64,000 nucleotides of DNA, taken from Octopus sinensis. Lineage: Eukaryota. The stretch spans positions 51,336,001-51,400,000 of the forward strand of contig NC_043001.1 in NCBI RefSeq assembly GCF_006345805.1, given 5' to 3'. The notes below the pieces were generated by a model that saw only the letters and a list, made by a program, of their open reading frames with translations, was not told the origin of the DNA and made no database searches. The translations under genes were made by a program, and so were the position numbers. Within the stretch, counting starts at the first letter, position 1, and each line of letters opens with the position of its first letter. Of this stretch, positions 26,161 through 39,164 are shown in pieces.

Positions 26161-27409
26161 CGACAGCAATGACAATGATGATGATGACGACAGCAATGAC
26201 AATGATGATGATGACTATAAATTCAGGGGTTGCCTCCCTTGCCTTTCTGGATCAGAATTAATCATTCAAATAAAATTGTTCTTATCACTAAGACAAGTGT
26301 TATTTTGATTAATGAAATTTCTTTTATACTAGCACCTTACTTAATTTTTAAGTTTTCATGCAGCAATCATTCTTTGGTATTTTTCCTTAGACATTCTTCA
26401 ATACAATAAAGTCCCTACTTCTCCTAGAAATATATCTCTTTAAGTTTTTTCTCAATCCAGGTTTTTATTTCTACCACTAACCAGAAAGTAAAATGACGTT
26501 GTTAGTCTCACCCAGTCAAAACCCTATCATCTAGTGAGATTTTGTTTTAGATTAATGGTTCTCAACATTTTGTAACTCAGGGTCACCTGTCATCAAACAG
26601 TGTTTTACAAATGTCCCCTAAGAATATTTTGTAGAAAAAAAATGGAGGTGGAGCTGTAAAAAAAAAAAAAAATCATTATTTTAGTCAAACAGTGAACCAG
26701 GAGCTAATTTTGTACAGTTGTTAATTATCTATATGTCCCTATGTTATCTTATCCAATATTCACCTCAAAATGTTTGCATGGACTAGTAACCCCTGAGTTA
26801 AATCTTTATGGAAGTTACTAAGGAAGGACAGATTTTTACAATAAAATTATATTGGACCTCAACATATCATCAGTCCTATTTCTCCTCCTTGATAACATAT
26901 CTATTCCTATATTAATCCTGACAAAGATTTTTGTTGAAAATGTATTCAAAATATAAGTATGGTACCTAGTTTAAATATTTTACTGCTAAGAAAAATCACA
27001 CACTTCTTCTAAAGACTTAGTGCTTCATGTAGAAACCACAGGACATTTTACTACCTCCTGGTAAACTCACAATACCTTTTAAAGGGCACTTCCATCCAGA
27101 TTAAGAATTACTGCCTTGGAGAGATGTGGGCACTGAGCCACTTCATCAGACTAACTACAAATGTTAAGCAACATGGTTACTCTACTACCATGAAAAGTCA
27201 GCCAAATTTTTTGCATATCACAAGGTTACTGAGTTAAGAAAGAAATCTGCACATTAGATAGTGTAACCCTAGATACACATGGCCAAGTGAGTAGGATAGT
27301 GGACTCATAATTGTAAAGTTCATTTGTGAACTTGATGGTGTGCTGTGTCTTTGAACAAGGCACTTCATTTCACATTGCTTTAGTTCACTCAATTATAAAT
27401 GAGTACCGT

Positions 27410-27740
27410 GAAGGTGCATGGCTTAGTGGTTAGGGTAATTGACTCACATTTGTAAGATCGTGAGTTCAACTCCCAGTGGAATGTTGTGTCTTTGAGCAAG
27501 ATAGTTTATTTCATGTTGCTCAGCTGGTAGTCTGCTCAGCTGGTAAAGATGAGTAGTACCTGTATTTGAAAGAGCCACCATTGTCACATTCTGCATCATG
27601 CTGAATCTTCCTGAGAACTACATTAACGGTATGCATTTCAGTGGAGTGTTCAGCCACTTGCACTTTAATTTCACGAGCAGGTTGTTCCTTTGATTGGATC
27701 ACCTGGAACCCTTGTCGTCATAGCCAACAGAGTGCCAGCT
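27410..27740 (+). mobile_element. tRNA-SINE family E (CORE-like ttgagcaag segment)
   Basis: tggcttagtggttaggg...gagttcaactcc head. Copies at 46130-46450 (+), 43070-43290 (+) and 37830-38040 (-); partial copies at 27280, 46770 and 63770. Confidence 0.75.
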
Positions 27741-28113
27741 GCTAAATGCATACTAACTGCCACTGAACATCAACCCTAGAACACACTGGTGTCCTGTTCA
27801 ACAATTATTTTAGTTATTCATCTGATTTCTTTGAACAAATCACCATTCTCAGTACCTTCTTCCTCAGAATGTTGGCCTTTGGAATTCTCTCCCAGCATAT
27901 GATTCTTCTACAGCAGTCAATTTACGACTATTTTGAGCATAACATTAACCATATCAAGGACCCAAGGAGACCATCAACACAATCCCTTCCTCAAGGTTAA
28001 TCCAATCTAATCTAATTAAAATCAAAAGTTAATAATTAAAATACTTATACAATTCAATTGCTTACAAAATTTGGCCTAGTCAAAAGTATTTAATAAAACA
28101 AAAGCCATATTAC

Positions 28114-28298
28114 TTTTCAGGGGTCTCTTCTAGTACCATTTTTGGTTGTTCAGAGAGACTTAGTCTTTGTTCTGCTGACATATTGCTTTGAATGCTATAA
28201 ATATCATCATGCAGGAATGCTATTATATTGACTAGCTTCTTTTTCTCATTGCGTAACTCTAGAATTTTCTCATTGAAATCCGATATATATTGAGATAT
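28114..28298 (-). CDS. CFAP44: CFAP44 exon (ISQYISDFNEKILELRNEKKKLV...KMVLEETPEK)
   Basis: tttcag|ATA acceptor and AA|gtaata donor; 185 nt. Similar to MNKCILSLRDLK...IHPEEVPEK. Confidence 0.9.
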
Positions 28299-28874
28299 CT
28301 GAAATAAAAGGGAAGAAAAGAGGAACAGTTTTGAAACAGACCAAATAACTTACTGAATAATTTTCTCTTTTACTTGTTTTAATCAGTGAACTGTGATTCT
28401 GCCAGAGCAGTCTTAAGGAGTTTTAGTTCAACTGGCCCTCATGCTGGTGGCACGTAAAAGCACCCACTACACTCTCGGAGTGGTTGGCATTAGGAAGGGC
28501 ATCCAGCTGTAGAAACTCAGCCAGATCAGATTGGAGTCTGGTGCAGGCATCTGGTTCGCCAGACCTCAGTCAAATCGTCCAACCCATGCTAGCATGGAAA
28601 GCGGACGTTAAACAATGATGAAATTAACCCTCTAAATGTGTGTGTGTGTGTGTGCGTATTCAGTTATGCTATTGTCTTGTTAAAAATATGGCTGTTGTCA
28701 AAAGATAGCTATCGAGTGAAGTATTTCGTGAATCATTTGAAAACTTTAGGCCTTGTAGATGTCAGGTAACCAAGATGTATAATGATATAGAATTAGTCTT
28801 TAGAACTGCAAGTTTCAATTAATCTTTAAGAAAATGAAGAATTTAGTAAAATGACTTCCACTGATAAGCTGGTG

Positions 28875-29812
28875 TTTGATGGTATCAAAAAGTTCCCAGA
28901 CTAGTTCTGTAATGTGCCAACAGATGGCAGCACATGGTTATGTGCACAGTGAGAGCTAGCAGTGACCTTCATGAGGCAGTGTGCCAAGTGAAATCACTGC
29001 TTGCTTAGCAAGTTGGAATATTTGTGTTTTTGTGACCATATGTATGCTGTAGTCTGTGACTTTTGACATGGACAGGAAGTTGGAACAAAGAGCCAACGTG
29101 AAATTTTGTGTTAAACTTGGGAAATCTACTACAGAGACATTGGGTATACAGGGATACAGTAATGGGTTGTATGCAAAGTTTTGAGTGACACAGGCATTTC
29201 AAAAATGGCACAACAGAGCCACAGATCAATCAGGAGCATGCTCATGGTTTTTTTCAGCATCTGTGGTATTATGTATCAAGAATTTGTTCCCCAGAGCTTG
29301 ACGATTAATCAAGAGCTCTGGTGTGATGTTTTGAAGTGTTTGAGGGAGGGCATTCAGTGAAAGTGACCGGATCTATTGAGTGCGAAGAATTGGAGTCTTC
29401 AGGACAACAACACACCCTGTCACTGATTTCTCCATGACAACAATACACCCTGTCACTGATCTCTCCCCACTCATGAGTTTCTTGCCAAGAACAACATGGT
29501 ATCATTTCTGGACACACCCTATTTGCAAGATTTAGCACCTGTAGACTTCTATCTCAACCCCAAGATAAAAATGAAGCTCAAAGGTCACCGTTTTAACTCT
29601 GTTGTCGAAATCAAGAGTGAATCACAAAAGGTCCTCAACTTACTTATGCAAAACGACTTCCAGACCAGATTCTAAAAGTTGCAGGAATGCTGGGACTGGT
29701 ATATTGCTACACAAGGTGATTATTTTGAAGGAGATCATGTAAAAACTAAAGTAAATAAGTTACTTTTGCTATTAAACATAAGTAGTCCAGGAACCTTTTA
29801 ACACCACCTCAT
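28875..29812 (+). mobile_element. Degenerate mariner (second family)
   Basis: Imperfect TIRs ggtatcaaaaagttcccagactag / tagtccaggaaccttttaacaccacctcata; remnant motif HPLFARFSTCRL ~ YSPDLAP region. Confidence 0.75.
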
Positions 29813-30227
29813 AGATTAACATGTAAATTTGATAGGTTTTGATTTAGATCACTTTAAAAAGATAAGTTTCTGTAAATAAATGTGTTAACATGTGACATTA
29901 TTGACCGAGGTTACCGTGGTCTTTTCCATAGGCTTTTCTTTCCATGGATAAACCCTTATCTGTTTCCCCCTTTACAATGTACATCATGACATTTCTGTGA
30001 TACACGATCCCTATTGATTGTTTTTTTCTTTCTTTTTTACGATCCCTTTTGATCGAAAACCTACCCCACTTCTTTTTCCTTTCTTTTTGTTTTTCTCCCC
30101 CAAAAGAAAAGCTCTACTTTGTAATTTGTCCCCTCTGTGTTAAGCCCTATGTAGCTAATAAAGAAACACATCATAGAACCAAGGCAATATTGGGTGAATT
30201 GGTGTCAACAGGGTTAAAGTTACTCAC

Positions 30228-30416
30228 ATGTTCAACAAGCAGGAAGAGCTTGAGCCTAGCTTTGGTTGTATTCATCCTCAAAAGGTCTGGTACAACATAA
30301 TCTTCAGCAGTTTTTAATTTATAATCACCCATGTTTTCTTTGGCTTCTTTAATTGCAGCCAAATCGTTTGGATCTTCATAGTCATCAGCTGGTTTTTCAC
30401 TGTAAAGTTTATCCCA
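30228..30416 (-). CDS. CFAP44: CFAP44 exon (WDKLYSEKPADDYEDPNDLAAIKEAKENMGDYKLKTAEDYVVPDLLRMNTTKARLKLFLLVEH)
   Basis: gccag|TGG acceptor and CAT|gtgagt donor; 189 nt. Diagnostic match to the recalled CFAP44 [40 protein letters not shown]. Confidence 0.95.
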
Positions 30417-31210
30417 CTGGCAACAAGTAATATGAAACAACTAATGTAGATTTTCCTTTGATCATTTAAAATATGTTAAAATTATTTATGATAATTCATG
30501 ATGATGGCTGCATGGACCAAGTACCAAACATAGCACACTACTGGATATTTTAACGATTTTTACTTTGCCTCAGGATTATACTGATTCCAAGAAGAATTAA
30601 TTTGAATTTAATAAACTAATATGAAACTGTGAAACCTTCGAAAGAAATCAAATATGTTTTATGATAACTGCATTCTTCCTTCTAGGTTTTACAAAGTAAA
30701 ATATCTTAATGTAAATGACACTGTAAGTAAACTCATTAGATATTTCGTAGCTGTATAATCTCTGACAAATGTGTAAGATATTAATAAACAGTTACCTTTG
30801 TGTTACTTTTGTAAACTCGCAATGAAACAGAATGAATTGGAACGAAGATCTGGATCAAATGACCAGAAAGAGTGAAGATCTTCATTAAAGGCTGGGCACT
30901 GGACTGTACTTTCTGATACATTACCTTTCATAGTTTTGCAGAAAAACTTGAACTAATTATTCTGTTGTGTCTGGGAAGAGTAATTTTCTTTTTGTGCCTT
31001 ATAATGTAACACACTCACCGGTAAAATTTCCACTTATTTCTTATTTTTATTTTCCTAAAATTTTCGTTGCGTCTTGCAACCTTTTCAATAGTCTTAACTC
31101 TAATTAAATAGTTGGATATTTAATACAACTGCTGCAATTACTTGCAGACATAAAATTATGAAAAAGAAAGTGTTGAGAATCTTGCTCAGGAATTTTACTT
31201 CCAAACTCAC

Positions 31211-31371
31211 CTGCTCTTTTCTTTTAACTCTCTTTTGTTTAATTTCTTCTACTTTCTGAAGAGCTTTCAGAATCCGCTCTCCAGCAACACCTTTCAAACT
31301 GCTAGCAGTTACACTGTCTCTTGCACCAGACCTCTTACCTTCTGCATCACCTGCTTTTGCATCTTTTTTTA
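31211..31371 (-). CDS. CFAP44: CFAP44 exon (VKKDAKAGDAEGK...GERILKALQKVEEIKQKRVKRKEQ)
   Basis: ttttcag|TA acceptor and CAG|gtgagt donor; 161 nt, phase 1 to 0. Lies directly upstream of the WDKLY exon. Confidence 0.85.
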
Positions 31372-31652
31372 CTGAAAAGGAAGACTGTAAATAATGTAAT
31401 CCATAAATTTACTAGGAAAATACATTGAAGAAGGAAATGTTACTATACTCTTTTTACTCTTTTACTTGTTTCAGTCATTTGACTGCAGCCATGCTGGAGC
31501 ACCACCTTTAGTTGAGCAAATCGACCCCAGAACTTATTCTTTGTGAGCCTAGTACTTATTCTATCGATCTCTTTTGCCGAACCGCTAAGTTACGAGGACG
31601 TAAACACACCAGCATCGGTTGTCAAGCGATGTTGGATGACAAACATAGACAC

Positions 31653-31697
<45 letters not shown>

Positions 31698-32169
31698 TAC
31701 AATGGGCTTCTTTCAGTTTCCGTCTACCAAATCCACTCTCAAGGCTTTGGTCGGTCCGAGGCTATAGTAGAAGACACTTGCCCAAGGTGCCACGCAGTGG
31801 GACTGAACCTGGAACTATGTGGTAAGTAGCTTGCTTACCAACCACATGGTCACTCCTGCACCAATGATAAAACAGAATGGCGTGAAAGTTTTGATATACA
31901 CCAGTGTTTCCCAACCAGGGTCCTTGAACAAAATAGTAAATCAGGGATCCACAATAATATTTTAAAGGGCCTTGAAAAATTTAGCATTGCATTATGTATG
32001 TATGTACCTTGAGAGAGAGAGAGATGGAAAATTTGGAAGAAGAGATTTGTTTTGTGTGCATATGTGCTTGTAAGTAGAGTTGATAGAGATGAAATGATTA
32101 ACAAATGTGGTGGCTCTACCTGATGTAGTTGTATTTAAAATGTTATCAGAGATAAGAAAACATTAAACA

Positions 32170-32432
32170 TTGATTTCTTATTTACATTATTTACATTATT
32201 TACAATTGATGGATATTTGTCCTCATCTTGTTTGTTGTTAACACAATATTTCGGCTGATGTACTCTCCAGCCTTCATCAGGTGTCTTGAGGAAATTTCGA
32301 AACTGGGTTTTCATTCCTTAGGTATTTTTCGATGTTGTTGTTATTATTATCATTATTATTATTATTATTATCATTATTATTATTCAGATCACTGCCAGGA
32401 ATCGAACTCAGAATCTTAACCACTACAGCCAT
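32170..32432 (-). mobile_element. tRNA-SINE with (TAA)n spacer and HHR tail (head internally deleted)
   Basis: Minus strand: GTAGTGGTTAAG..GTTCGATTCC head, (TAA)n, then catcgaaaaatacc...gacacctgatgaaggctgg...ccgaaa...tgtaaataatg. Confidence 0.75.
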
Positions 32433-32437
32433 GGACA

Positions 32438-32503
32438 TATGGCATAGTGGTTAAGAGCACGGGCTACTAACCCCAAGATTCCGATTTCGATTCCAGGCAG
32501 TGA

Positions 32504-32569
<66 letters not shown>

Positions 32570-32586
32570 TAAGAATAATAATAATG

Positions 32587-32620
<34 letters not shown>

Positions 32621-34708
32621 GACCAATTGCTCATAAACAGAATGATTGTAGAGAATTGCCGGAGCAAAAACAAAAACCTGAGTATGGCATGGATAGACTA
32701 CAGGAAAGTGTATGACAGTGTCCCACATAAATGGATACTCAAGGCCCTTGAGATATACAAGATCTCCCCTGTCGTCTCAAAATTCTTAGAGAATAGCATG
32801 ACCATGTGGAACACACGTCTCTTTCTAAGCCATAGTAATGGGATGAGCCAGTCCAACAGCATCAACATCAAACGAGGCATCTTTCAAGGTGACTCCCTCT
32901 CTCCATTACTTTTTTGCATGGCACTGATCCCACTCTCAAACGAATTGGATAGTGCCAGATATGGGTACAAAGTTTTTAGCAAGTTAATAAACCACCTTTT
33001 TTATATGGACGATCTAAAGCTGTTTGCCAAGAATGACCAAGAGCTAGAAGGGCTGCTAACAACTGTTAAAGAGTTTAGCAATGATATCGGAATGGATTTG
33101 GCCTTGATAAGTGTGCTAAAGCAACTTTTGTAGAAGCAAGCTCAGGCAAACAGCTTCTGTTAAATTAGATATTGACACTACCATCAAGGAACTTGACCCA
33201 CAAGAAAGCTACAAATACCTAGGAATCAACGAAGGAGATGGTATACATCATGCTACTATGAAGGAAAAAATAAGAAAGGAGTACTATAGGAGAATAAGGC
33301 TTGTACTGAAGACTGAACTCAACTCCAAAAATTGCATTGAGGCATTAACACCCTGGCACTTCCAGTAGTCCAGTACAGTTTTAACATCATTAACTGGACC
33401 TTACGGAACTCCAACGCTGGACAGGAAGACAAGAAAGTTACTGACATCCAGGAGCATGCACCACCCTAAGGCAGATGTAGACCGCTTGTACCTACCTAGA
33501 AGCAGTGGGGGGAGAGGAATGATGCAATTGGAGCTGTGCTATAAGACCTCTACTGTAGGAATGAACAGGTACCTATCTAGTACAAAAGACTGGATGCTGC
33601 GACTTGTGTGTGAACACGAAAGCAGCAAAAAGCTGCATTCTATTGTCAAGGAAGCTTATAAGTTCGAAAGGGAACTAGGCATTAACCTTGAATCAGGTGA
33701 AGAGCCAGAAACCACTGCTACCAAGCAAGCAAAGCGAATCAGGCAGACTGCAAAAAAGAATGGGCAGAATCAAATGAGAGGCGGTGGAGCCAGAAGCCCC
33801 TGCATGGACAATACATTCTCCGAAGCCAAAATGCTGATGTAGACCAAGCAACAACCCATCAGTGGCTGAAGAGTTCTGGATTGAAAGCAGAGACTGAAGG
33901 CTTCATAATGGCAGCACAAGATCAAAGCTTGTTACCAGAAATTACCAGGCTAACATTCTCCGAAACGGTACTGACCCTAAATGCAGATTCTGTGTGACAC
34001 ATTTGACGAAACAATAGACCATCTCGTTTCGGGATGTCCTGTGCTGACACCAAACGAATACAAAAATCGCCACGATAGGGTAGGACAGTATATACATTGG
34101 AAGATATGTAAACACTACAAATCCGACACTCCTGCTAACTGGTATGAACACCATCCTCACCCAGTTGTTGAAGGTAAAGATGTCACCATCCTCTGGGATT
34201 TTCCAGTCAACACTGACAGAACGATCAAGGCTAATCGACCAGACATAATTGTTAAAGACAGGGAAGAAAATACCTGCAGACTAATAGAAGTAAGCGTCCC
34301 CACTGATAAAAATGTATCTGTCAAGGAATTTGACAAACTTAGTAAATATAAGGACCTGGAAATCGAAATACAGAGGATGTGGAATCTTAAAACAAAAACT
34401 GTTCCTGTTATTGTAGGTGCCCTAGGTATGATAAAAAAGGGATGTCAGAAACACCTAGACAATATCCCTGGAAAACCATGTCTCAAGGAAATCCAAAAGA
34501 TTGTGCTAACAAGTACTGCCCACATCCTTAGAAAAACCCTATCAATGTAAATGTGTTGTGTTTGTATTACATGGAGATATTTCTCTACTTCCCCTCCCCA
34601 AGCTTTCAGCTATTTTCAACAACTCTTAACCTTCACTTGCCCTAGGGCGCTGGGTGTGCCCCGGCAGGTGATTGCATCAAACATGCAGATTAAAAGTAAA
34701 TGACAATG

Positions 34709-34748
<40 letters not shown>

Positions 34749-34940
34749 CAACAACATCAAAAAATACCTTAGGAATGAGAACCTGGGTTCAAAATTTCCC
34801 CCAAGACACCTGATGAAAGCTGGAAGGTATATCAGCTGAAAAGTTGTGTTAACAACAAACAAGATGAGGACAAATATCCGTCAATTGTACATAATGTAAA
34901 TAATGTACATAATTCCTCATCTCTTAAATGTAGAACTGTA
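32438..34940 (+). mobile_element. tRNA-SINE with HHR tail, split by the R4/Dong element
   Basis: Head TGGCATAGTGGTTAAG (A box)...TTCGATTCC (B box) at 32438-32510, then (TAA)n, the R4 insert, (TAA)n again and the tail at 34750-34940. Confidence 0.8.
32621..34700 (+). mobile_element. 5'-truncated R4/Dong-like non-LTR retrotransposon (RT, CCHC, REL endonuclease)
   Basis: DQLLIN, WIDYRKVYDSVPH, FQGDSLSP and YMDDLKL; C..C...ETIDHLVSGC; RHD; RPDI...IEVSVP...KY. Flanked by (TAA)n on both sides. Confidence 0.9.
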
Positions 34941-35425
34941 TTGATGTCTTACCATCAGAGAATGGCAAGTCTTCAACATCTCAGTGAATATTTGTAGATA
35001 AATAGCAATAACTGAGTGCAAGGAGTATCCATCATACAGCAAAGATTTACTAACTTTGAAATGGGTAATGTGTATGATTATGGCGAAAAATGATGTGAAT
35101 ACTTTATAACACAGAGATGGTGAGCTAGCAGAGCCATTAGTATGCCAGATAAAATGCTTAGTGACATTTTGTCTGTCTTTATGCTCTGAGTTAAAATTCA
35201 GCTGAGGTCAACTTTGCCTTCATCCTTTAAGGGCCGATAAAATAAGTACCAGGTGAATATTGGAGTTGATGTAATTAACTTACACCCTCCCCAAAAATTG
35301 CTGGCCTTGTGCCAAAATCTGAAACCAATATTTTATAACACATGAAATAAATTCATTCATATCCGTATCAACACTCTTTTCTATTCTAGTAGGCACAAGG
35401 CTCAATATTCATATCAATACTGAGA

Positions 35426-35742
35426 TATGCATGAGGTGGTATCAAAACATTTGTGGACTAGTTCTGTTGTGTGCCAACAGAAGGCAGCACACAGTTGCAT
35501 GCACAGTGAGAGCCAGCAGTGATCTTCATGAGGCAGTGTGCTAAATGACATCACTGCGTTTACGTCGCAAGCTGGGAAATTTGTGTTTTTGTGATAACGT
35601 GCATGCTGTAGTCTGTGATTTTTGTCATGGACAGGAAGTTGGAACAAAGAGTCAATGTGATATTTTGCGTTAGACTCAAGAATTCTGATACAGAGTCATT
35701 GAGCATGCTTTAGCAAGCTTATGGTGATGAGGCAATGGGTCG
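35426..35742 (+). mobile_element. 5' fragment of the same mariner family as 28875
   Basis: gaggtggtatcaaaa...ggactagttctg start; colinear with 28880-29150; ends at (CA)n. Confidence 0.7.
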
Positions 35743-35786
<44 letters not shown>

Positions 35787-35819
35787 TACACACACATACA
35801 CACACACATACACACACAC

Positions 35820-36150
35820 ATGAACTCTTATACATTTTCAGAAACACACACACACATGAACTCTTACACATTTTCAGAAACACACACACATACACACACA
35901 CACATGAACTCTTACACATTTTCAGAAACACACACACACAGACACACACACACATGAACTCTTACACATTTGCAGAAACACACACACACACATGAACTCT
36001 TATACATTTTCAGAAACACACACACACACACACATGAACTCTTACACATTTGCAGAAACACACACACACACATGAACTCTTATACATTTTCAGAAACACA
36101 CACACACACACACATGAACTCTTACACATTTGCAGAAACACACACACTCA
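35820..36150. repeat. 8-unit minisatellite catgaactctta(c/t)acattt(t/g)cagaaa+(CA)n
   Basis: Eight units counted, with a variable (CA)n spacer. Confidence 0.92.
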
Positions 36151-38363
36151 TGCAATCAGTGGAAGCCCAAACACATACATATATGCATGGGGTCACATAA
36201 ACACACAAACAATAAAGCTGGAGTCGCAACTTACATATTTGTGCACACTTTTTCTCTTTCACTCTCTCTTACACACAGACAGACAGACATGCACACACAC
36301 AAGCACATGTGCATGCTCATGCACAGTATCACAGTAAAATAATGACATATTTGCAAAGGTGATCATTCAGGTGATGATCTATTTCACCAAAGCACATAGC
36401 AACGTGGAGTTTGTATGTGATGCAGTATATAATGTTGGCAGATGAGCAGCGAAGATTTGGGTGATTTGGTACTGAGAATTGGTATCAGCAGTATGGTGTT
36501 ACTAGTGGATGGACAGGTGTGTCATACACAGAAAATAACTTGAAATTTAACTGTTTATGTGTGGCTGGGGTGCAGGCCAATCTCCAGAATTTGGTACAGT
36601 GGGATGCTTCAGAATATTCTGGGTGGGCACTAATTTGTATTGAGGGATGATTTTAGTAAACTGTATTTTCTAAATCTGAGGGTGCACCATTGAATAAGGA
36701 AGAAGCAGTGCCATTCAGTGAAGAATGTTAAGAGTGACAGAGATGTCTAAGAAGATGATAACAACGTCAGAGATGGAGAACATGAATTCTAGAGTAGTGT
36801 GGAATGAATTAGTAGAGAAATAAAGCTGTTGAGCCACAACCTAGTGATTGTGGCATCAGCATAGCACCCATAGATCTCTGGAGGGATTTTAGTGAACTGG
36901 GCCAAAATGTGCTTTAATGTGGCCTACAAAGTGGTGTGCATAATTTAGGTCCATATTAACGCCCATTGTGACCCCACCCTTCAATAACTTGCTTGTAAAA
37001 CTCACCATAAGAGAAGTAATTCACAGTAAGTGTGAGTTTGTGTAGAAGGTAGAAGGTGGCTGTGTTAGGTACAAATAGGGCTGACAGTCTACAAAGAGCT
37101 TTTGAAATGATAGCCCCTCCATGGCAGATAATCATACAGAGTTATTTAATGGGCTAGGGGAAAAGAGAATAAGTTGAAGATGTTCAGGACTTGGTTCCTG
37201 TCCTCACTAGTGTAGCTAGAATGTGTGCTGTCTGGGGCAGCCCTTCTGTTTGCCACCCCTGGACCCTACAAAAAACACACATTGCCTACAGCAGACCTGA
37301 AAGTGGTGCCCCTTTAAAGGTGCTGCCAGAACGGACCGCCCCCTGCCCCACTAGCTATGCTTGTACCTATCCTTAATGTGTGTTGAGGAAAAGGAGTGAT
37401 ACTAGTTTGTCAAGGTACCTTGACAAACTGGTGGCTACAGACAGAGATAACAAAGTAGCCAGGTTTGTCTGGTTTGTGGATTTTGAGGATGTAAATAATG
37501 GAGGTACTGAACATAGTTGTGATGTTAATTGGTAGAAGGTGTAAGTGAATAAGAAAAGATAAAGTTATATATAGTTGTGGAGATTTACTTCAGATTGTGG
37601 CTGGCAAAATCCTTAAGCTGCTTGCTGGTACAAGATAACGCTGTTGAATTAATGGTATGTTTCATGCCTACAGATGTCAATCAACCAAACCTCCATGATG
37701 CCATCCTTGCCAATCAGTTTGAAGATACATAATGATGGACTCTCCTGTCCAACATGACATATGAGTGTTCAACTTTTGCCGAATGACCCGCACCACAAAT
37801 GATTTGTTTATAGTTATCAAATGTTTGTCATACATGAGTTCACTGTCTTCATGAAAACAATGTTACCTGAACAGTTGCATGGTGCTTCATGTGTCAGATG
37901 TCGAAATGATCGCAAAGCAATGTGAGATGAACTGTTTTGCTCAAGAACATGACTCACCTCCTGGTCTAGGAATTGAAACTATGATTTTGCGATTGTTAGG
38001 GCAACACCTTGATCACTAGGCCATGCATCCTCACTTGAAAATAATATCATCCTAGTTACAGAGATTTCAGAGTTTTACTCTGTAATGGAAGAAGGTTTGA
38101 TTTCCTATATGAATTCTATTCTTTTTTAATTGATGACATTCAAATTACAGCAAATCTTGTTGACATATAGGTTGATCAAATGAAGTTGACTCCGGTTGGA
38201 TATCCAACTGGAGTGATACCTTTAGACCACCACAGAATCATCCTGTTCTTAATTTGTCCTTTCAGTGGTGTATATTGGTTTGAGTATTCATTATTCTAGC
38301 TTAGAAAAGCAGATAAAGGAAATACATAGAAATGGAAATGGAAACAAATGAAATTTTACTGAC

Positions 38364-38545
38364 CATCTAATTCTTTCTGCTGGAGACCGTCAAGAGTGAA
38401 CCTCTTGCCATTTTTCTTTTGATCCAAATCACTCTTCTTTTGGTAGAAATTATTTGGGAGACATGGTAAACGAGTTGTACTGACTTTGTAAGGTGAATTA
38501 AATGCATAAACCACAATGCGGTCCCATTTCACATAATCTTTATAA
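38364..38545 (-). CDS. CFAP44: CFAP44 exon (YKDYVKWDRIVVYAFNSPYKVSTTRLP...LQQKELD)
   Basis: ttccag|T acceptor and G|gtcagt donor; 182 nt, phase 2 to 1, open frame. Similar to [26 protein letters not shown]. Confidence 0.85.
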
Positions 38546-39164
38546 CTGGAATAGCATGAGAAAATATCTTAGAATAAAAACATATCCACTGCTTATAATA
38601 CAACATTACTAGATGCAGACAAACACACATATACACATCATGCACAAATGCTTACGTATCACACACTTACATATACACATTCATTTATTTATATTCATTT
38701 GCTCATGAGCATATGTGGGTATGTATATGTATATATATATATAATATATATATATATATACATACATATACATACCCACATATGCACAAACATATGCAGT
38801 AATACCTCACTTTATGAGGAAATGCTTTACAAGACCCTAGGTTTACAAGTTTTATTTTCCATGCACAAGATCCAAATTTCAAACAAAGTGTACAAGTTTC
38901 TGCTTCCATAACAAATGCTTCTGCGAGTTACCAAGAAATTTATAGAGAGCAAAAAAAAACTTCATCAAAGCAAACAACTCTAAACTTGTTTTCTAAAAAG
39001 AAATCTACAAGTCTGTCTATGAGTGCTTGTGAATCAGTGATCACATCTACAAGTGATGGTGTGTGCAAGTCTAGTGCAAGTAAAAGTGATTCAGAAAATT
39101 ATAACAAGAGCACTCAAGGAGTGCAAACCTCTGCCAATGCAACACCAATGTCCTCTCAATGATT

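Noticed and set aside
27110-27155. CTGATGA plus GTGG/CCAC hairpin on the minus strand
   Set aside because: No GAAA or UH follows, so the hammerhead core is incomplete.
31372-31387. Alternative upstream acceptor tttacag, 13 nt before the chosen one
   Set aside because: It gives a phase-0 start, incompatible with the phase-1 donor at 38364; the downstream ttttcag keeps the frame.
32438-32510. tRNA gene-like sequence (also the heads of SINE families A, D and E)
   Set aside because: No complete acceptor stem, and it continues into repeat body; these are SINE heads, not tRNA genes.
36340-37620. G-richer intronic blocks (also 47600-48190, 50160-51300, 59560-59900)
   Set aside because: Probably ancient LINE remnants; no motif was readable enough to classify and no open frame was found.
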